Assembly: GCA_963677925.2 (NCBI GenBank)
Contig: CAXXYH010000004.1
Location: 1,472,001-1,536,000, forward strand
Direction of reading: 5' to 3'
From: Spirochaetia bacterium
GTDB lineage: Bacteria; Spirochaetota; Spirochaetia; UBA9216
Length of the DNA stretch: 64,000 nt
The position numbers and the translations under genes are program-made. Below the pieces are notes generated by a model. It was not told the DNA's origin and ran no database searches. It was given only the letters and a program-made list of their open reading frames with translations. Shown here piece after piece: positions 1 through 8,341 of the stretch. Within the stretch, counting starts at the first letter, position 1. Each line of letters starts with the position of its first letter.

Positions 1-284
1 AGTTCTTCTTTTATGCGTTTTCTGTAATGATGAATCTTTGCTGTGAGTTCCGGATCTCTTACCGAGCGTCCGTATATTTTTTTGTTTATTTCTTCTATAA
101 CAGGATTTTTAAAATGTGCGTATTTGGATACAAAGGATCTTTCGGCAGGTGTGTCCAGTTCTTCCGCAAAGTAATAGCAGGTCCATCCGTTTCTCTCAAA
201 AACATCAGCCCATTTTGCAATTTCCAGGCTTACTCCATCTGTTCCTGCTATCCGGAAAGAAACAAATCCCACATTCTTCTGCAT
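1..284 (-). CDS. Glycosyltransferase family 4 (MggS-like N-terminus), 5' part only; runs off the left edge
   Basis: Not in the ORF track. Manual translation from ATG at 284: MQKNVGFVSFRIAGTDGVSLEIAKWADVFERNGWTCYYFAEELD..., open to position 1. SD AAGGAG at 291-296. The GxDGVSLExxKW motif is typical of this GT4 subgroup. Confidence 0.8.
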   Translation of the reverse strand, partial: MQKNVGFVSFRIAGTDGVSLEIAKWADVFERNGWTCYYFAEELDTPAERSFVSKYAHFKNPVIEEINKKIYGRSVRDPELTAKIHHYRKRIKEE

Positions 285-294
285 AAAAAACTCC

Positions 295-1398
295 TTAGTC
301 TTCTTTTATAGGCTCTTCAGTCACGCTCCCGGTTATATGTATTTCGGCCCGTCTGTTCAGATATTGTTTATCTTTTTCCATGGTTACAGGCCGTGCTGCT
401 CCATATCCTTCGATCTTTGCATCGGTTGGAACCTTCCATACTGAAAGCAAGAATTCTCTTGTATTGGCTGCCCTGGCTTCACTAAGCTCAACTCGCCCGC
501 TTTCTGTTCCAAACCTTGCACAATGTCCGGTGATATCAATCCTTATCATATCAAGGTCGGTATTGTTCCCGGTAGGTAACTGTTTTACAAATTCAATTAT
601 CTTATTCCTGGCCTCTGCTGTCAAATCTGCATTATCCGGCAGGAAATTTACGGTGAGCTGTTTGTCAATTACGATTGTTACAGGCACAGGAGGGGCCGGT
701 TCCGGAGCCGGTGCGGATGTTTCTATTGGTTCTGATTCTGTGATTGCAGGTTCTTCTTCAGTTTTTTCAGGTAGAGTCTGCTGCCGGCTGATCTGAGGTG
801 CTTTATCAGTCTTTTGATCTGCAGGTTTTGGTATTTCTGGTTTTGAGATTTCCGGCCTGGTTTCTGAGGGTTTTATTTCCTCAGTTCTCCGCTCAGATAT
901 ATCAGGCTGAGTGCGGACTGCTGTTTCTGATACCGAACTGCGGTTTCTTCCTGCTGAAAAAATACTGTCGGAAGAAAAAATACTTAATGGGCTGACAGGC
1001 AGAAAAAAAAGTGCAAAGAGAAGCAGAATTATGACAGCGGCAATTGAGACCGGAATAAGAACCGAGCTGTCTTTTTTTACAGCTTCCTTTGGAATTTTTA
1101 CTGTGGATTTACGGATAAACCTGTTGTTCAGATAAATACTGTAGTTCATCCGTCTTTTTACAAGTTCAGATTCTACCGATATAAGAGGTTCACCGGCCTT
1201 TGCAGGCGGGATATTGTTTATAGTCTCGGAAATTAGTCTGAGTTTTCTGGATTCGGTTTTCACGTAGAAATTCAGAACAGCGGTATGCTGATAATCTGAA
1301 AGTGTAGTGAGATTGAGTCTGGACTTACCCTTTTCGTCAGGCGAGTGCATCCAGGCTACATGATTATTATCAATCTCAATCCCTATTAGGAAGCTCAT
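295..1398 (-). CDS. Membrane-anchored OmpA-like peptidoglycan-binding protein with an N-terminal Hsp70 substrate-binding-like domain
   Basis: C-terminal OmpA_C motifs (VNFLPDNADL, ITGHCARFG, LSEARA, GYGAARP, LNRRAEI). One TM helix (IAAVIILLLFALFFL) and a Pro/Glu-rich linker. Confidence 0.85.
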   Translation of the reverse strand: MSFLIGIEIDNNHVAWMHSPDEKGKSRLNLTTLSDYQHTAVLNFYVKTESRKLRLISETINNIPPAKAGEPLISVESELVKRRMNYSIYLNNRFIRKSTVKIPKEAVKKDSSVLIPVSIAAVIILLLFALFFLPVSPLSIFSSDSIFSAGRNRSSVSETAVRTQPDISERRTEEIKPSETRPEISKPEIPKPADQKTDKAPQISRQQTLPEKTEEEPAITESEPIETSAPAPEPAPPVPVTIVIDKQLTVNFLPDNADLTAEARNKIIEFVKQLPTGNNTDLDMIRIDITGHCARFGTESGRVELSEARAANTREFLLSVWKVPTDAKIEGYGAARPVTMEKDKQYLNRRAEIHITGSVTEEPIKED

Positions 1399-1447
1399 AA
1401 CTTAATTTTAATACGATATCGATTTATATCAAGAAAAAAAATCCGGC

Positions 1448-1870
1448 TTAGACTTTAGCAAGGTTTTTTTCAATTATATCTTTTATTGTAAGCTCTCTGA
1501 AATATTCATTGATATGATCGCTTATATCATTCCAGATTGTGTAGGCCTTACAATTTTCGGTTCGGTCACAGTCTTTTTTACAGTCGTCTGTCGAGCAGGG
1601 TGTCAGCATAACAGGTTCTCCGACTGATATAAGTAAATCTTCCAATGTTATCTGATCGATTGGTCTTGAAAGACTGAATCCGCCTCCCGGTCCCCTTGTA
1701 GACTTAATCAGCCCTGATTTTTTCATTTTATAAAAAATCTGCTCAAGGAACTCCGGTGAAATATCTTCTTCGGCGGCAATTGAGCTGATTGAAACAGGTT
1801 TTCCGTCTTCCTGCTCCGCCAGTTTCAGGATTGCCCGTAATCCGTATCTTCCCTTAGTTGTTATTCTCAT
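1448..1870 (-). CDS. Rrf2 family transcriptional regulator (IscR/CymR-like, Cys-rich C-terminus)
   Basis: MRITTKGRYGLRA, FLEQIF, STRGPGGGF, PCSTDDCKKDCDRTENC. Confidence 0.93.
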   Translation of the reverse strand: MRITTKGRYGLRAILKLAEQEDGKPVSISSIAAEEDISPEFLEQIFYKMKKSGLIKSTRGPGGGFSLSRPIDQITLEDLLISVGEPVMLTPCSTDDCKKDCDRTENCKAYTIWNDISDHINEYFRELTIKDIIEKNLAKV

Positions 1871-1948
1871 TTGAAAAGTCTCCTTAGCCTGACCTTTTTA
1901 GATTATGAAAAATTATAAGGTAATAAGTCCAAATAATAAAGGTATTAT

Positions 1949-3106
1949 TTATCGGTTTGGTCGGGATTTTAGCACCATTACTCTGAATCCGCGGTATTTT
2001 CTGCTGAAAATAATGCTGAAACTGCCTTTCACCCTTTCAATTTTTGCCATATCTGAACTTTTGCCGGCGATGATCAATTTTCCGCCCGGAGAAAGTATTT
2101 TTAAGGATGTTTCAATTATTTCAGCTTCCGCATCTGCTCCCGGCACAAATAACGGAACAGCAGCGATTTCCTTTATGCTGCCTTCAAACCCCGGGTACGT
2201 TGAAAATTCAGAGTATACAGGAAGATGGAGGTTTGATGATTTACGTTCTCCAAGATTAAAGGCAGCTGCCTTTAACTGGAGAAGATCGTTTCCGGCAAGT
2301 ATAATTTCGGCGTTCTCCGTACCGTTCAGGGCTGAATAAGCTGATGTAATATGACCCTGACCTGGGTTCCAGAACAGGATTTTACCTGTCCTTGCTGAAT
2401 CCTTTAATGTATCAATAAGGAGTTCCGAAGCATAGGAAACCGAGTCGAATTCGGGAAGTCCGTAAAAGCCCGTGTAACCGCTTTCAGAAACAGTTCGGCC
2501 GTAAAGTTTTTCAAAGGAAAGCGTCCGGGTCCTTTTTCGGGACGCGTCCGCAGGTTTGAAATGAAATACAGAATACTGCGGGGTTTTCTCGCTGTGGAGC
2601 AGTTCAGCTCCGCAAGCCTTGATTTCATTCTCTGTAAAATCACTCAGCGGCTCAACTATTACAACTGCTGCAATTCCGTCCTTGTTAAGGTGATAGCCGC
2701 AGTTATGAATGAAATCAGCTATAACCGGATTTCCGGCCTTCGCAGGAATATTGGATAGAATAAGATCGTAGCTGCCGTCCTGCTTTTCTTCAGATTCTAG
2801 GCTGCCTGGAAGAAGACCGGGAATTATTCTGATTCCGTCTGCAGGAATTCCGTTGAGTTTTGAGTTCATAGAGGTGAACTTCAGGGCAAGAGCATCGCGA
2901 TCGGATGCTGTAACCTGAAGAAGGGGAAATCTCTTTTTAAGACTTACTGCAATGACTCCGGTGCCGCAGCCGGAATCAAGGATGGAAGCATAATTTTCAG
3001 GATTCAGATGCTGGGCTACTGTTTTTAAAAGCAGCATTGTTCCGGCATCGATACTGAAGCTGCTGAACAGTCCATGAGAGAGATAAAAACGCAGCTTCTC
3101 TCCCAT
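1949..3106 (-). CDS. Class I SAM-dependent methyltransferase (RsmC/MTS-like), start uncertain
   Basis: GLFSSFSIDAGTMLLL, LDSGCGTGVI (motif I), DRDALAL, YDLILSNIP; degenerate second MTase half. Confidence 0.85.
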   Translation of the reverse strand: MGEKLRFYLSHGLFSSFSIDAGTMLLLKTVAQHLNPENYASILDSGCGTGVIAVSLKKRFPLLQVTASDRDALALKFTSMNSKLNGIPADGIRIIPGLLPGSLESEEKQDGSYDLILSNIPAKAGNPVIADFIHNCGYHLNKDGIAAVVIVEPLSDFTENEIKACGAELLHSEKTPQYSVFHFKPADASRKRTRTLSFEKLYGRTVSESGYTGFYGLPEFDSVSYASELLIDTLKDSARTGKILFWNPGQGHITSAYSALNGTENAEIILAGNDLLQLKAAAFNLGERKSSNLHLPVYSEFSTYPGFEGSIKEIAAVPLFVPGADAEAEIIETSLKILSPGGKLIIAGKSSDMAKIERVKGSFSIIFSRKYRGFRVMVLKSRPNR

Positions 3107-3150
3107 AAACTTTGATTCAGCTATCCGGTTAATGTATTTGTTGTCGAACT

Positions 3151-3717
3151 TTAGTTGTTTACCCGTTCTACATACTCCCCGGTTTCGGTGTTAACAAGAA
3201 TTCTTTCGCCCTGTTTGATGAAGATGGGTACTTTTACTTTAAGGCCTGTTTCAACTGTTACAACCTTGGTTGCACCTGTTACAGTATCGCCCTTGAGGGC
3301 TTCAGCAGCCTCGGTTACTTCATATACGACTTTGTATGGAATCTTGATATCAATCGGTTTTCCATCGTAGATGATTACCTTGTAGGTTTCACCGTCTTTC
3401 ATGTAGAGACCCTGCTCCTGCATGGTGACAACCGGAATTTCAAACTGATCGAAGGTCTCATTGTCCATGAAGTGGTAGTTTTCACCGTCCGAGTAGAGGT
3501 ACTGACAGTCTTTGTCTTCGACTGTAATATCTTCAACGTTGTCCTGGCTTTTCATTGTTTCTTTGAGAACAGAACCGTCAATCAGGTTCTTCAGTTTCAG
3601 CCTGACGAAGGCTGAGCCCTTACCGGGGTTTACAAATTCCCTCTCTGCAACGAGGTAGGGGTATCCTTTCAGAAGGAGAAAGGTTCCTTTATCAATTTGT
3701 CCTGCTTTTATCATCAT
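3151..3717 (-). CDS. efp: Elongation factor P
   Basis: FVNPGKGSAFVR loop with the modifiable Lys, QYLYSDG, KGDTVTGATK, VETGLKVKVPIFI, TETGEYVERV. Confidence 0.98.
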   Translation of the reverse strand: MMIKAGQIDKGTFLLLKGYPYLVAEREFVNPGKGSAFVRLKLKNLIDGSVLKETMKSQDNVEDITVEDKDCQYLYSDGENYHFMDNETFDQFEIPVVTMQEQGLYMKDGETYKVIIYDGKPIDIKIPYKVVYEVTEAAEALKGDTVTGATKVVTVETGLKVKVPIFIKQGERILVNTETGEYVERVNN

Positions 3718-3786
3718 ATGTCCTTTCAGAGAATTAAGAGGACACCGCGCAGGCCTGTTAAATAAGGCTGTAACGATGTCCGTAAA

Positions 3787-4824
3787 CTAAATTATAGCAG
3801 AAAAGGGGAACAAAATCACCCCCTCAAGCGATGAAGAATTAAGTATAAGCATGATAAGGCGGTCTATTCCCAGAGCCACTCCGGAGCAGTCTGGAAAGCC
3901 TTTTTTAAAGATTTCACACCATGTTTCATCAGCCTTAAGTGATACCAGTGCAGCTTCCTTCTCCCCGTTTTCTTTTCTGAAAAAATCAACAGCACGCTCA
4001 TAGTCAGTCTCTTCAGAGTAGCAGTTTGCAAGCTCAACACCGCCTGCATAAAGTTCCCACCTCTGCAGGCGTCCCGGGACCCGGGAGGGTTTTGCAAGTG
4101 TCGGGATCCCTGAAGGGTAGTCATAAAGAACAAGCGGTCTTTCTGAATCAAGATTTGGCTCTACAGAATGAACAAATATCAGGTTGAATAACTCTTCCCA
4201 GGTATCAGAGGCGCTGCAGCTCAGGCCGAGTCCGTCTGCCGCCTTAATCATGGCAGCCTTTTCTTCAGCTTCACTCATTCTGTCTGTACAGAAATCACTG
4301 ATATCAAAAGCTGCATGTTTTTTAAAGGCTTCAGTCATTGAAATTCTATTGAAGGGAGGGCGGAGCCATTCTGATTGTTTTCCAGTCTCAGGCCACTGCT
4401 CCTGCACAAAATCAAGAAGCCTCGAAAAAAGCTTCTCGGTGATCCGTATAGAATCTTCGGCATCTGCTTCCATAGTATAGTATTCGAGCATTGAGAACTC
4501 CGGGTTGTGTATGCGGCCAATCTGTTCGCTGTTTCTGAAACTCTTTGAAATATTGAAGATATCGCCGAATCCATCGGCTATCAGCTGTTTCAGGTAGTAC
4601 TCCGGCGATGGCAGCAGGTACATATCCTTTGATACTCCGTAGGGGTTCCGGTATTCTGTTTTAAAAAGTTCAATCGGTCCTTCGGGTATCACCGAAGGGG
4701 CCATCAGGGGCACATCGGCATCAAGGTAGCCTGCCTCAGTGAAGAAATTTCTGATAGCTGTAATGATCTGTGAACGTCGTCTGAGAAGCTCATATCTGCT
4801 GCTGTTTTTCTGTATTCCGGACAT
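3787..4824 (-). CDS. epmA: EF-P lysine aminoacylase (EpmA/GenX/PoxA)
   Basis: LysRS catalytic-domain paralogue without an anticodon domain: LLPSPEYYLK, FRNSEQIGRIHNPEFSMLEYY, ELYAGGVELANCYSE, SGVALGIDRL. Adjacent to efp. Confidence 0.95.
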   Translation of the reverse strand: MSGIQKNSSRYELLRRRSQIITAIRNFFTEAGYLDADVPLMAPSVIPEGPIELFKTEYRNPYGVSKDMYLLPSPEYYLKQLIADGFGDIFNISKSFRNSEQIGRIHNPEFSMLEYYTMEADAEDSIRITEKLFSRLLDFVQEQWPETGKQSEWLRPPFNRISMTEAFKKHAAFDISDFCTDRMSEAEEKAAMIKAADGLGLSCSASDTWEELFNLIFVHSVEPNLDSERPLVLYDYPSGIPTLAKPSRVPGRLQRWELYAGGVELANCYSEETDYERAVDFFRKENGEKEAALVSLKADETWCEIFKKGFPDCSGVALGIDRLIMLILNSSSLEGVILFPFSAII

Positions 4825-4941
4825 ATTCCAATTGTAATAAAATTCGCATGTCTGTGTATACTCATAATGTAATTCTAATTGACGGTGAATATTTCATTCT
4901 CTATCATGTATTAAATATTAAAACAGTCAGGAGTTTGCAAA

Positions 4942-5613
4942 ATGTTCGGGATTTATCTGTTTGCACTTATCTTCGGTTTCGGGGTTATTTTAATTGACAT
5001 GCTCGGTCTCATTGGTTCGGATCAGGGAAGCGGAGATGATTCTGGAGATATTTCAGCCGACAGCGGCGATGATATTGACGATATCAGTGCTGATGACGGC
5101 ATTGGATACAATGCCGGTGATGATACCGGGGAGGCAGGTAATGACTCCAGCGACCTGGACGCAAGCGATGATGGAGTACTTCTGCCTGATCTCCGCCGCG
5201 GAAGGTGGGGTTACAGTGCTCTGAATTATCTTAGATCCCTTGTATATTTCGCTCTCGGTTTCGGGGCTGTCGGGGTTTTCGGAAGTCTGACGGGGCATTC
5301 TTTTATAAGTACAATTCTCTGGAGTGCCGGAGCGGGAATCGTAATACTGATTATTGTAAAGTTTGTGATGCGGCTTCAGCGGAATGTACTTGATTCACAG
5401 GTGAAGGCCGGTGAGCTGATGCTGGCTCAGGCTGAAGTGTTGGTAACCATACCAAGGGGAAAGCTCGGCAGAATACGTGTAAAAAGCGGCGGCAGCTATC
5501 ATGACCTTTACGCACGCGGAAAGGATCCCGGAACAGTCTATCCGGCCGGGACTATAGTCTATGTTGTTGATTCTTCGGGTGATGATCTTATCGTTCATAC
5601 AGCGAAGGAATAA
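4942..5613 (+). CDS. NfeD-like (YuaF/YqiJ-type) membrane protein with C-terminal OB fold
   Basis: TM, Asp/Gly-rich loop, TMs, then AEVLVTIPRGKLGRIRV...LYARG...GTIVYVV. Precedes flotillins. SD CAGGAG. Confidence 0.8.
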   Translation: MFGIYLFALIFGFGVILIDMLGLIGSDQGSGDDSGDISADSGDDIDDISADDGIGYNAGDDTGEAGNDSSDLDASDDGVLLPDLRRGRWGYSALNYLRSLVYFALGFGAVGVFGSLTGHSFISTILWSAGAGIVILIIVKFVMRLQRNVLDSQVKAGELMLAQAEVLVTIPRGKLGRIRVKSGGSYHDLYARGKDPGTVYPAGTIVYVVDSSGDDLIVHTAKE

Positions 5614-5634
5614 AGAAGCTTTAGGAGGCAAAAA

Positions 5635-6951
5635 GTGGATATTATCACTGAATTACTTGGACAGGGGGGAGGTTCGATATTTCCGGCAATAGCGGCAATC
5701 ATCGTATTTTTTCTGCCCATCCTGATCCTGAAGGCATTTATCAAGGTGGCGCTGCCGCATATCCTGATTGTTGTTAACGGCCGCAAAAGCCGCCGTGATG
5801 GCAAGACCTACGGATTCTCCGTTGTCCGCGGAAGAACCACAGTGGTTCCCTATTTTCAGGAAGCAAGACAGCTTGATCTGGGAATCTACCCGATTAATGT
5901 ACGGGTTGAGGGTGTGAATTCCGCCAACGGAATTACCGTGGGTGCCGATGCAACTGCCTGCGTCTGTATCGATACTGATGACAGTGCAATGGTTTACACT
6001 GCTGTTGAAAAACTGCTGGGAAAAAGCCGTGAGGAAATTCAGGAGCAGATTCAGCGGACCCTGATAGGAAATTTCCGCGGTGCACTCAACAAGGCAACTC
6101 CCCAGGAGGCCATAGGCATGAAGAATGCGGATCCTGAATCAAGTGATACAGAAGGCTCAAGGGCTGAGTTTCGGGAGGAACTTGTGCGGGATATCGACAG
6201 CGACCTCTCAACCTTCGGAATGAAGGTCGTTTCAGTGTCCTTCCAGAATATCTGGGACACCTCCAACTATATAGCCAATCTTGCTCAGAAAACTCTTTCG
6301 TCAAAGCAGAAAGAGGTTGCCATCGAGGAAGCCCGTCTTAAAGCCGAGGCGGAACAGGCTGAATCTGACAGCAACAGAATCATCACCCTGGCCAGAAAAA
6401 AGGCCGAGGAAGCAATAATCGCTGCCAGACAGAAGGTTGAGCTTTACCGTAAAGAGAGTGAAAACCTGATAGTCGAGAAAAAGCTGCTTGCAGACAACGG
6501 CATAGAGAAGGCTCAGAATGAGGGCCAGACCCGTGTTCAGTCCGAGCATGTCGAGCTTAGGAAACTGCGGAACCAGACCGAGGTTGTTCTTGATGCCGAA
6601 GCCAAGAGTCAGGCTTCCGAAATCCTGGCAGAGGGAGAGAACGAGGCGATTCGTATAGTTGAGGGAACCAGAAACTCTATGCTGCGTCAGAAGACTGAAC
6701 TTCTGAAGAAGGCCGGAGATGTGGGAAACATGGTCCTTTTCATGAATCAGCTTCCCTTTCTTTATGAGGCCTACAAGCAGTCCGCAGGAAAGGCCGGTGT
6801 GAACAATTTTCTGGTTATGGATGAAAAAACAGGATTTTCTGGTGCAGTTAACCGCGGGCCTGCCGCCTTTGTTACCTTTCTGAAACACTTTCAGGAGGGA
6901 ATGGGAATCAATATACCTGAACTTATGGGTAAAAAGGAGGCCGCCAAATGA
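5635..6951 (+). CDS. Flotillin-like SPFH domain protein 1
   Basis: GTG start after AGGAGG. N-terminal TM, SPFH domain (VNSANGITVGADATACV, LIGNFRGAL, DLSTFGMKVVSVSFQNIWD) and an Ala/Glu coiled coil. Confidence 0.9.
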   Translation: MDIITELLGQGGGSIFPAIAAIIVFFLPILILKAFIKVALPHILIVVNGRKSRRDGKTYGFSVVRGRTTVVPYFQEARQLDLGIYPINVRVEGVNSANGITVGADATACVCIDTDDSAMVYTAVEKLLGKSREEIQEQIQRTLIGNFRGALNKATPQEAIGMKNADPESSDTEGSRAEFREELVRDIDSDLSTFGMKVVSVSFQNIWDTSNYIANLAQKTLSSKQKEVAIEEARLKAEAEQAESDSNRIITLARKKAEEAIIAARQKVELYRKESENLIVEKKLLADNGIEKAQNEGQTRVQSEHVELRKLRNQTEVVLDAEAKSQASEILAEGENEAIRIVEGTRNSMLRQKTELLKKAGDVGNMVLFMNQLPFLYEAYKQSAGKAGVNNFLVMDEKTGFSGAVNRGPAAFVTFLKHFQEGMGINIPELMGKKEAAK

Positions 6952-8237
6952 TGCTGTTTACCGTTACACTGATATTACTTATTCTTATAACTCTTTTTAT
7001 CCAGCTTATAACCCGGATGAAGATCATCGGGGGAAACAAACTTGGTATTATTGCAGGCAAGGGCGGCAAGGCCGGTTTTACCACGCTTTCGGGCGGACGG
7101 GCTTTTATAATACCGCTTTTTCACCGCTATACAACCGTAAATCTTATGCCTTATACAATAGACGTTGTTGTGAAGTCTTCCATCGCCGATGGGGTGGTTC
7201 CGCTGAACGTTAAGGCCACTGTAAGTTTTTCAATTGCATCATCCGCCCAGGGCAGGGATAAGGCTGTTACACGCCTGCTTTCAATGATAGATCATCCCGA
7301 TAACCTTAAAGAAGTTGCAAGCGATATCATCGAGGGACACCTCAGGGATGTAATTGCATCCATGACTCCTGAACAGGTTATGCAGGATAAGGATCAGCTT
7401 GTTTCAAACATGATAAACGTCTGTAAGACTGATCTTGAAAACATCGGACTTGAAATTGCAACAATGAATATTGCAGATGTCGATGATCACCGTCTTGAAG
7501 GTGTCGAGGACCCTGAACTCTACATTGCACTGCTTAAGCGTATTCAGACCGTGTATGCAGAATGCCAGGCCAGAATTGCAAAGGCTGAATCACAGGCAAA
7601 ATCGGTTGAAGAAGAGGAAAAGCGGCGTACTGAAATAGAAGTCAGGAAATACACCAATATGTATGAGAACATGGTTGCCGAGACCCGTGTTGCTGTTGCC
7701 GAGGAAGAGCAGCGGGGGCTGGTAGGTATTGAGGGTGTACAGAAAGCTGCGGATGCCGAGGTTGCCGGTCTTAAAACCAAGATCGAATCTGAAAAAGAGC
7801 GCGTGGTGATGCTCCGCAAGAAGCTTGAGGCAGAGGTTGTAACCCCGGCACAGGCTGAGAAGGAAAAGATGATTCTTGAGGCAAAAATCAAGTCTGCAGA
7901 AATAAGAGGTGAAGAACAGGCTGTTATAGATCAGCTTAAAGAGACTATAGATATTATCGCCTCACAGGGCGAAAAGGGTGCTACTGCCTATCTTATTGAG
8001 AATTTCAGCAAGCTTATTCAGCCTTTTGCCGAGACACTCACCCTTTTCAATGTTGATAATGTATCTGTTGTGACTGGAATGGAAGGCGGGCACCAGCCGA
8101 TAAGCGCCATTCATCCCCATGCTGTTGATATGACAAAAAATGAACTGATTAAAAACCTTATGGGAGACAGTCTTGGGGTATCTCCTGAGTTACTGACCGG
8201 TAAGAATTCCGTTTCTGTTTCTTCTATTAAAAAATAG
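6948..8237 (+). CDS. Flotillin-like SPFH domain protein 2
   Basis: 4-nt overlap with the previous gene; GGRAFIIP, IIEGHLRDVIASMTPE, DLENIGLEI, EAEVVTPAQAEK. Confidence 0.92.
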   Translation: MMLFTVTLILLILITLFIQLITRMKIIGGNKLGIIAGKGGKAGFTTLSGGRAFIIPLFHRYTTVNLMPYTIDVVVKSSIADGVVPLNVKATVSFSIASSAQGRDKAVTRLLSMIDHPDNLKEVASDIIEGHLRDVIASMTPEQVMQDKDQLVSNMINVCKTDLENIGLEIATMNIADVDDHRLEGVEDPELYIALLKRIQTVYAECQARIAKAESQAKSVEEEEKRRTEIEVRKYTNMYENMVAETRVAVAEEEQRGLVGIEGVQKAADAEVAGLKTKIESEKERVVMLRKKLEAEVVTPAQAEKEKMILEAKIKSAEIRGEEQAVIDQLKETIDIIASQGEKGATAYLIENFSKLIQPFAETLTLFNVDNVSVVTGMEGGHQPISAIHPHAVDMTKNELIKNLMGDSLGVSPELLTGKNSVSVSSIKK

Positions 8238-8244
8238 AATTCAA

Positions 8245-8293
8245 GCCTCTCTGACAGGATCAAATTCAGACTGTCAGAGAGGCCTTTCTGTTT
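8245..8293 (+). terminator. Intrinsic terminator after the flotillin operon
   Basis: Perfect 13-bp inverted repeat GCCTCTCTGACAG (8245-8257)/CTGTCAGAGAGGC (8271-8283), followed by CTTTCTGTTT. Confidence 0.75.
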
Positions 8294-8304
8294 AATCCCG
8301 CTTA

Positions 8305-8333
8305 TTGCAAATTCCAACCATCTGCGCTTTAAT
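8305..8333 (+). promoter_or_regulatory. Putative sigma70 promoter of tex (near-leaderless)
   Basis: TTGCAA-N17-TTTAAT, 8 nt before ATG 8342, no SD. Confidence 0.55.
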
Positions 8334-8341
8334 GTTGCTCT

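Noticed and set aside
700-900. Pro/Glu-rich quasi-repeats (PEISKPEIPKP, PAPEPAPP) in the OmpA-like gene
   Set aside because: Low-complexity linker, not a DNA tandem repeat or array.
1448-1870. Calling the Rrf2 gene iscR
   Set aside because: Cys residues are present, but there are no isc/suf genes nearby and the subfamily cannot be fixed by eye.
3738-3782. Imperfect hairpin between epmA and efp
   Set aside because: Several mismatches and no U-tract; cannot be supported as a terminator or riboswitch.
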